From Phycisphaera mikurensis NBRC 102666 (GTDB lineage: Bacteria; Planctomycetota; Phycisphaerae; Phycisphaerales; Phycisphaeraceae): 32,000 bases of DNA. The stretch covers positions 2,160,001-2,192,000 of the forward strand of contig NC_017080.1 in NCBI RefSeq assembly GCF_000284115.1, written 5' to 3'. Below, one piece after another: positions 26,759-32,000 of the stretch (within the stretch, counting starts at the first letter, position 1; each line of letters starts with the position of its first letter). A program made the position numbers and the translations under genes. The notes beneath the pieces were generated by a model. The model had not been told where the DNA came from and searched no databases. It saw only the letters and a program-made list of their open reading frames with translations.

Positions 26759-27943
26759 ATGACGCTCTCCTCCCAATCCGCCCGCAGCTCCCGCCCCGGC
26801 CCCTCCCGCCGCGGGAAGAAGGGCCCGCCGTGGCGGGCGATCCTCGTGCTCGGCCTGCTGCTCGCGGGCGTCTGGTTCCTCTTCCTGCGGGACGCCGACG
26901 GCGTGGACGCGCCGCCGGTGGCGGACGCCGGCGTTGCGGCCGGCGTGGACACCGCCCCGGACGCCGCCGCGCCCGAGGAAGCCGCCGGCGGCGGCGGCAC
27001 CCCGCCGGCGGCCACGCCCCGGGACACGGCCGCGACCGTGCTGAGCCGCCCGGCGATCGTCGATCGGCTCAAGGAAGGCGGCGCGGCCGCGTCGGCCTCC
27101 GGAGCCGACGCCGCGCCCGCGGAGGCCGCCCCGCCGCCGCCGCCCGTCCGCCGCGCCACGCCCACCGCCCGCTCGGCCGCCACCGGCAACCTCGCCGACG
27201 GCCTCGCGCTCCTCGACGCGGGCGACCTCATCAAGGGGCGCAACCTGCTCTCCTCGCTCCTGCTCGAGGGCGACGAGCCGCTGCCCGCCCCCGACGCCGA
27301 CCTCGTCCGCAACAAGCTCACCGAGCTCAACAGCCGGCTGGTCTTCAGCCCCGAGCCGGTCCCCAACGACAATGTGACGACCGCCTACGAGGTGCAGCCC
27401 GGCGACCTGCTCGGCTCCATCGCCATCCGCGCGAAGGTGCCCTACGCCCTGCTGGAGCTCATCAACCAGACCAAAGCCCCGCGGATCCAGGTCGGACAGA
27501 CGCTCAAGCTGCTGCGTGGCCCCGTGCACGCCCGCGTCAGCAAGACCGACTTCACGATGGACCTCTACGCCTTCGGGGACGACGGCGCACCTGTGTTCCT
27601 CTGCGCTCTCCCGGTCGGCCTGGGCGCCAACGACGGCACGCCGCTGGGCCGCTGGCGGGTCGGCACCTCCAAGGTGACCAACCCCAGCTGGAAGAACCCG
27701 CGGACCGGCCAGTACTATGCCGCGACCGACCCGGACATCCCGATCGGCGAGTACTGGATCCCGATCGTCGGCATCGACGGCGACGCGGTCGACCGCAAGG
27801 GCTTCGGCATCCACGGCACCAACGAGCCCGACTCGATCGGCAGCATGCAGTCGATGGGCTGCGTCCGCCTGCTCGACGGCGACATCGAGCTCGTCTACGC
27901 GATGCTCGAGCCGCGCGACTCCGAGGTCCTCATCGTCCCCTGA
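26759..27943 (+). CDS. LysM domain + L,D-transpeptidase (YkuD) protein with N-terminal TM
   Basis: In-frame ATG at 26759; LysM-like TAYEVQPGDLLGSIAIRAKVPYALLELINQTKAPRIQVGQTLKLL; YkuD motif HGTNEPDSIGSMQSMGCVRLLDGDIELVY. Confidence 0.9.
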   Translation: MTLSSQSARSSRPGPSRRGKKGPPWRAILVLGLLLAGVWFLFLRDADGVDAPPVADAGVAAGVDTAPDAAAPEEAAGGGGTPPAATPRDTAATVLSRPAIVDRLKEGGAAASASGADAAPAEAAPPPPPVRRATPTARSAATGNLADGLALLDAGDLIKGRNLLSSLLLEGDEPLPAPDADLVRNKLTELNSRLVFSPEPVPNDNVTTAYEVQPGDLLGSIAIRAKVPYALLELINQTKAPRIQVGQTLKLLRGPVHARVSKTDFTMDLYAFGDDGAPVFLCALPVGLGANDGTPLGRWRVGTSKVTNPSWKNPRTGQYYAATDPDIPIGEYWIPIVGIDGDAVDRKGFGIHGTNEPDSIGSMQSMGCVRLLDGDIELVYAMLEPRDSEVLIVP

Positions 27944-28124
27944 CCGCCCGCGCGAGCCCCGGCGAGCGCAACGCCGCCGTGGGGCAGGTCGGCGACCTTC
28001 CCATGGACCCGGAGGGTCCAACCCTCGCGCGGAGCGTGCACCCGCCCGGGCCGCGGGCTCGGGTCTCTCCCCGGCGGTGGCTCGGGTCTAGCGTCAGAGC
28101 ATCGCCGGCAACCGCGTCATCTGC

Positions 28125-30350
28125 GTGTCGAATCGGCTGCCCTTCAGCCTCGCGGCGGACGGCGCGGCGTGCCGATCGGTCGGCGGCTTGGCGTCGGCGC
28201 TCGGAGGCGTCGGGGAGCTATTCGGCCTCGTTTGGATCGGCTGGTCGGGGGCCGCACCGAGCCACCGGACGGACGCGGTGGACGCGGCCGAACGGCAGGC
28301 GGTGGCGAACGCCGCGCAAACGCTCGGCTGCGACTGCCGATCGGTCCCGATGAACCAGGGCGAGGCGGACGGCTTCTACCGCGGCCTCGCGAACGCGTCC
28401 CTGTGGCCGCTGCTGCACGACGATCTGGCGCACTTCCGGTACCGCCCGGACTGGTGGGACGCGTACGCCGCCGTCAACGAGCGCTTCGCGGAGGCGGTCG
28501 CCGGCGCGGCGTCGCCGGGCGAGCGGGTCTGGATCCACGACTACCACCTGATGCTGCTGCCGGGGTTGCTTCGGCGGCGGCGGCCGGACCTGCGGATCGG
28601 CTTCTTCCTGCACACGCCGTTCCCCTCGGCGGACGCCTTCCGCCGGCACCCGCGGCGGGAGGAGCTGCTGGCGGGGGTGCTCGGCGCCGGCCTGATCGGC
28701 TTCCAGACCCGTCGCCACCTGGAACACTTCGAGGAGGCCGCGCAGCGGATCGGCGGGCACGCTTGCGGGGCGGGCGGGATCCGCCACCGGCGGGGGAGGA
28801 CCCGGACCGGCGTCTTCCCGATCGGGATCGACGCGTCTCGCTTCGAGCGTGGCCTCGCCGACCCGGCCACCGCCGCTTACGCCGAGCGGCTCGCCGCCGC
28901 CCGCGGCGGCCGAAGGCTCGTGCTCAGCGTGGAGCGGCTGGACCCCACCAAGGGCATCCCGCAGAAGCTCGACGCGATCGAGGCGTTCCTGGAGCTTCAC
29001 CCCGGGCAGAAGGAGGAAGTGGAGTTCCTGCTGATCGCGGTGCCCAGCCGCGAAGACGCGCCGGCGTACCGGCGGCTGCGGGAGGAGGTCGAGGGGCGGG
29101 TCGGCCGCATCAACGGGAAGCACGGGGCACCGGATCGCGTGCCGGTCCGCTTGATCTGCCGAGGCGTCGGCTTCCACGAGCTCTGCGCTCTGTACCGCTC
29201 GGCGGACGCGTGCCTGGTCACGCCGCTCGCCGACGGCATGAACCTGGTGGCGAAGGAGTACCTGGCGTGCCAGCCCGAAGGCGGCGGCGGCGTGCTCGTG
29301 CTCAGCGAGTTCGCCGGGGCGGCCGACGAGCTCCGTGGAGCGCTGCGGGTGAATCCCCACGACACCCTCGCCGTCGCCGGCGCGATCGCGGAAGCGTTGA
29401 CGCGGCCCGAGGACGCGCGGCGGGCGGCCCTCGCACCCATGCGCGAGCACGTCCGGACGCACCACGCCGGCGGGTGGGCGACCCGCTTCCTCGCGGCACT
29501 CGACGCCGCCGCGGCGTGCTCGCGGCCGCAACCCCGCCCGACCCGCACGCTGCGCGAAGCCGACCTGGCGGCCTTCGCCGCCTCCGCGGCCGGCCGCAAG
29601 GCGTTGTTCCTGGATTACGACGGAACGCTGCGGGGCTTCGTGGACGACCCGGAGCGCGCCACGCCCCAGCCGCCGCTGCGCCGGGTGCTGAGGGCGCTGA
29701 GCGAACGCGACGACCTCGACGTCTTCATCGTCAGCGGGCGCAAGCTGGACTTCCTGCGGCGGCACCTCGGCGGGTACGGCTTCACGCTCGTGGGCGAGCA
29801 CGGCCACGCCTGGTGCAAGCCGGGCGAAGAGCCGGAGGCGCTGGACGACGCGGCCGGGCCGGCGTGGCGGCCCGTCGTCACCGCGACGATGAAGCGCTTC
29901 GCCGAGGCCACGCCCGGCAGCCACGTCGAGGAGAAGGCCGCCGGCGTCGTGTGGCACCACCGGCGGGCGGACCGCGAGCTCGGCCGACGCCGGGCGCTGG
30001 AGCTGGCGGAGCAGCTCGTCGCGGACACCGCCGGCTCGGCGGCGCGGGTGACGCAAGGGAAGCGGATCGTGGAGGTCACGGACCAGCGGGCGGACAAGGG
30101 CGACGCGGTGGACCGCTTCCTCGGCGAAGCGTCGGCGGCGGGCACGCCCTACGCGGCGGTGCTCTGCATCGGCGACGACCGGACGGACGAGGCGATGTTC
30201 CGCGGCCGCCGCGGCGACCCCGCGGCGGTCACCGTCCGCGTCGGGCCGGGGGAGACCGCCGCGGCATTCCGCGTGGCCGGCACCGATCGCGTGCTCGCGC
30301 TGCTGTGCGCCATCGCGGCGGAGCCGGACCGAGCCCTCGCCGGGGTCTAG
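28125..30350 (+). CDS. Bifunctional trehalose-6-phosphate synthase / trehalose-6-phosphate phosphatase
   Basis: OtsA: VSNRLPF, VWIGWSG, FYRGLANASLWPLLHD, VWIHDYHLMLLPGLLR, LSVERLDPTKGIPQKLDAIE, DGMNLVAKEYLACQ. OtsB HAD domain: ALFLDYDGTLRGFVDDPE, VFIVSGRKLDFL, LVGEHGHAW, CIGDDRTDEAMF. Confidence 0.92.
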   Translation: MSNRLPFSLAADGAACRSVGGLASALGGVGELFGLVWIGWSGAAPSHRTDAVDAAERQAVANAAQTLGCDCRSVPMNQGEADGFYRGLANASLWPLLHDDLAHFRYRPDWWDAYAAVNERFAEAVAGAASPGERVWIHDYHLMLLPGLLRRRRPDLRIGFFLHTPFPSADAFRRHPRREELLAGVLGAGLIGFQTRRHLEHFEEAAQRIGGHACGAGGIRHRRGRTRTGVFPIGIDASRFERGLADPATAAYAERLAAARGGRRLVLSVERLDPTKGIPQKLDAIEAFLELHPGQKEEVEFLLIAVPSREDAPAYRRLREEVEGRVGRINGKHGAPDRVPVRLICRGVGFHELCALYRSADACLVTPLADGMNLVAKEYLACQPEGGGGVLVLSEFAGAADELRGALRVNPHDTLAVAGAIAEALTRPEDARRAALAPMREHVRTHHAGGWATRFLAALDAAAACSRPQPRPTRTLREADLAAFAASAAGRKALFLDYDGTLRGFVDDPERATPQPPLRRVLRALSERDDLDVFIVSGRKLDFLRRHLGGYGFTLVGEHGHAWCKPGEEPEALDDAAGPAWRPVVTATMKRFAEATPGSHVEEKAAGVVWHHRRADRELGRRRALELAEQLVADTAGSAARVTQGKRIVEVTDQRADKGDAVDRFLGEASAAGTPYAAVLCIGDDRTDEAMFRGRRGDPAAVTVRVGPGETAAAFRVAGTDRVLALLCAIAAEPDRALAGV

Positions 30351-30436
30351 CGTTGCTCGCCGCCGACCGCCTCCGGCCCGCTCGCCCGGGCGCTCGCGGA
30401 GGAGAAGGCACCCGAGGTTCCGGATCGATCGGCTCC

Positions 30437-31516
30437 ATGACCGTCTCGCACCCGCCACGCCCGCCACGCCCCGCCGAGCCGCGGACCCTGCTGAGCGCGC
30501 TGCTCCGCGGAGGCCCGGCGGCGGGCCGCGGTGCCGTCGAGGCGGCGACGCTGCACGGCTCTTTCGCCGGGGTGGCCGCGGTTGTCGCCCTGCCGCTGCG
30601 GAACGAGGCGGAGCTGATCGGCCCGATGCTCGCGGCGCTCGAGGCGTCGATCGGCCGCACCGATCTGGCCTGCGGCCTCGTCGCCGTCGCGAACGACACC
30701 GCCGACGAATCGCCGGGCGTGATCCGCGGCTGGGCGGAGCGGACGGGCCACGCCGCGGCCGTCTGCGAGGTGCGCCTCGATCCGGAGGTCCGCGGCGCCC
30801 CGCACGCGCGGCGCCTGGCGATGGACCTCGCCGCTCGCCTGGCGCCGGACGCGCTTCTCCTGACGACCGACGCCGACTGCCGCGTCGGCGCGGACTGGAT
30901 CTCCGGGAACGCCACGTGGCTGGCCGACGGCGCGGTGCTCGTGTGCGGCGCCGTCGACACGGACGAAGCGGAGATCGCGGCCCTGCCCGGCCTCGTCGAG
31001 GCGTGCGGCGTCGCCGAAAGCCGCTTGTACCGGCTGCTCGAGGCGCGGTGGCGCGAGCTCGTGCCCGACGGCTCGCGGCGCTTCGTCCAGCGGGCGATGG
31101 GGGCCAGCATCGCCCTGCGGGCGAGCGACTACCTGGAGCTCGGCGGGTTGCCGACCCCGCGCTCGAGCGAGGACCGCGCCCTCGCCACCGAGGTCCGGCT
31201 GCGGGGCCGGCGCATCGAGACGCCCGAGGACGTGCGCGTCGTCGCGTCCTGCCGCCTCCTCGGGCGGGCCGAGGGCGGCATGGCGGGGGCGCTGCTCGAC
31301 CGCACCCGCTCGCCGGATCCGGAGTGCGACGAGGCTCTCGTTCCCTGGCCGGTGCTCGAGGCCCGCGCCGCCGCCTGGCGGGAGATCCACGCCAGCGGCG
31401 TCGCCGACCCGCACGGCGTGTTCGAGCGGGCCTGCGACGTGCGGCCGGGCCTGGTGGCGGAGCGGATGCGGCTGAGCGCGGTCCGCGCGGCGCTGGAAGC
31501 GGTGGACGCGGGTTGA
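30437..31516 (+). CDS. Glycosyltransferase family 2-like protein
   Basis: VVALPLRNEAELIGPMLAALEAS, LLLTTDADCRVGADWI, MGASIALRASDYLELGGLPTPRSSEDRALATEVRLRGRRI (GT-A features). Confidence 0.85.
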   Translation: MTVSHPPRPPRPAEPRTLLSALLRGGPAAGRGAVEAATLHGSFAGVAAVVALPLRNEAELIGPMLAALEASIGRTDLACGLVAVANDTADESPGVIRGWAERTGHAAAVCEVRLDPEVRGAPHARRLAMDLAARLAPDALLLTTDADCRVGADWISGNATWLADGAVLVCGAVDTDEAEIAALPGLVEACGVAESRLYRLLEARWRELVPDGSRRFVQRAMGASIALRASDYLELGGLPTPRSSEDRALATEVRLRGRRIETPEDVRVVASCRLLGRAEGGMAGALLDRTRSPDPECDEALVPWPVLEARAAAWREIHASGVADPHGVFERACDVRPGLVAERMRLSAVRAALEAVDAG

Positions 31517-32000
31517 TGGCGCCTCCCCCCGCACCCGCCGCCGCCCCTTGCCCCGCCACCGAGCGGGGGAAGCGAGCCGATCCGGAGGACCGGTCGCTGC
31601 TGGCCGCGATCGACGGCCGCGCGGCCGCCGCCGACCGCGGCGAGGCCGATCTTTCCCGCGAGGTCGCCGCGCTGCGGCGGGCCGGCTGGCTCGCCGCCCC
31701 GCTGCCCGCCGCGGACGGTGGCCTGGGGTGGGGCACCGAGCCCGCCGGCACCCCGGGCTGCTTCACCGCGTTGCGGCAGCTCGGCCGCGTCTCCCTGCCG
31801 GTCGCCCGGATCTTCGAGGGCCACGTCAACGCGGTCGCTCTGGTCGCGCTCTACGGAGCCGACACGCTCCGCGGCAACGCCTTCGACGCGATCCGCGGCG
31901 GCGGCTGCTTCGGCGTCTGGGGGGCGGACGCCCCGGGCGACGCCGTCACGCTGCGGGGCGAGGGAGAAGCCCTCCGGCTCGCGGGAGCGAAGGACTACGC
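31516..32000 (+). CDS. Acyl-CoA dehydrogenase-like protein (5' part; runs off the window)
   Basis: LAAIDGRAAAADRGEADLSREVAALRRAGWLAAPLPAADGGLGW resembles an acyl-CoA dehydrogenase N-terminus; start overlaps the GT2 stop (TGATG); ORF open to 32000. Confidence 0.65.
   Translation, partial: MAPPPAPAAAPCPATERGKRADPEDRSLLAAIDGRAAAADRGEADLSREVAALRRAGWLAAPLPAADGGLGWGTEPAGTPGCFTALRQLGRVSLPVARIFEGHVNAVALVALYGADTLRGNAFDAIRGGGCFGVWGADAPGDAVTLRGEGEALRLAGAKDY

Noticed and set aside
28169-30436. 5' two-thirds of the 1115-aa ORF 28169-31516
   Set aside because: Out of frame with otsAB and Arg-rich; only the part from ATG 30437 encodes the GT2 protein.
28218-31829. 1203-aa minus-strand ORF
   Set aside because: Antisense to the otsAB fusion, GT2 and ACAD-like genes; compositional artefact.

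Overview
GC-rich (about 70%) chromosomal window. Gene content and protein style suggest a planctomycete of the Phycisphaerae type (inference only, no search was run). Most of the window is densely packed housekeeping and metabolic genes: PEP-CTERM amidase, fused ABC permease, PhoX/DUF839 protein, purN, gluQ, DUF192 lipoprotein, PP2C/RsbU-like phosphatase, LURP-one-like protein, upp, rpsR, trpS, TolC-family gene, leuC, smpB, rhodanese, miaB, prepilin peptidase, xseB, cdaA, proA, rarA/mgsA, LysM-L,D-transpeptidase, fused otsA-otsB, GT2, and the start of an acyl-CoA-dehydrogenase-like gene. The most unusual items are: (1) a tRNA gene at 9878-9960 that folds as a class II tRNA with a paired variable arm, a Tyr/Ser-like D-arm, a GCA (Cys) anticodon and U73; (2) a small Y1/RAYT-like HUH gene (25510-26010) between two direct copies of an approximately 111-bp multi-hairpin repeat; (3) a second REP-like palindromic family in two convergent intergenic regions (776-893 and 15956-16011); (4) 8-bp-periodic purine tracts just 3' of three stop codons; (5) three TTGA stop/start overlaps implying TTG starts; (6) genes with no canonical start codon where one is expected; (7) a CdaA with DMG in place of the canonical DGA motif. 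No CRISPR array, phage or obvious defence island was seen.
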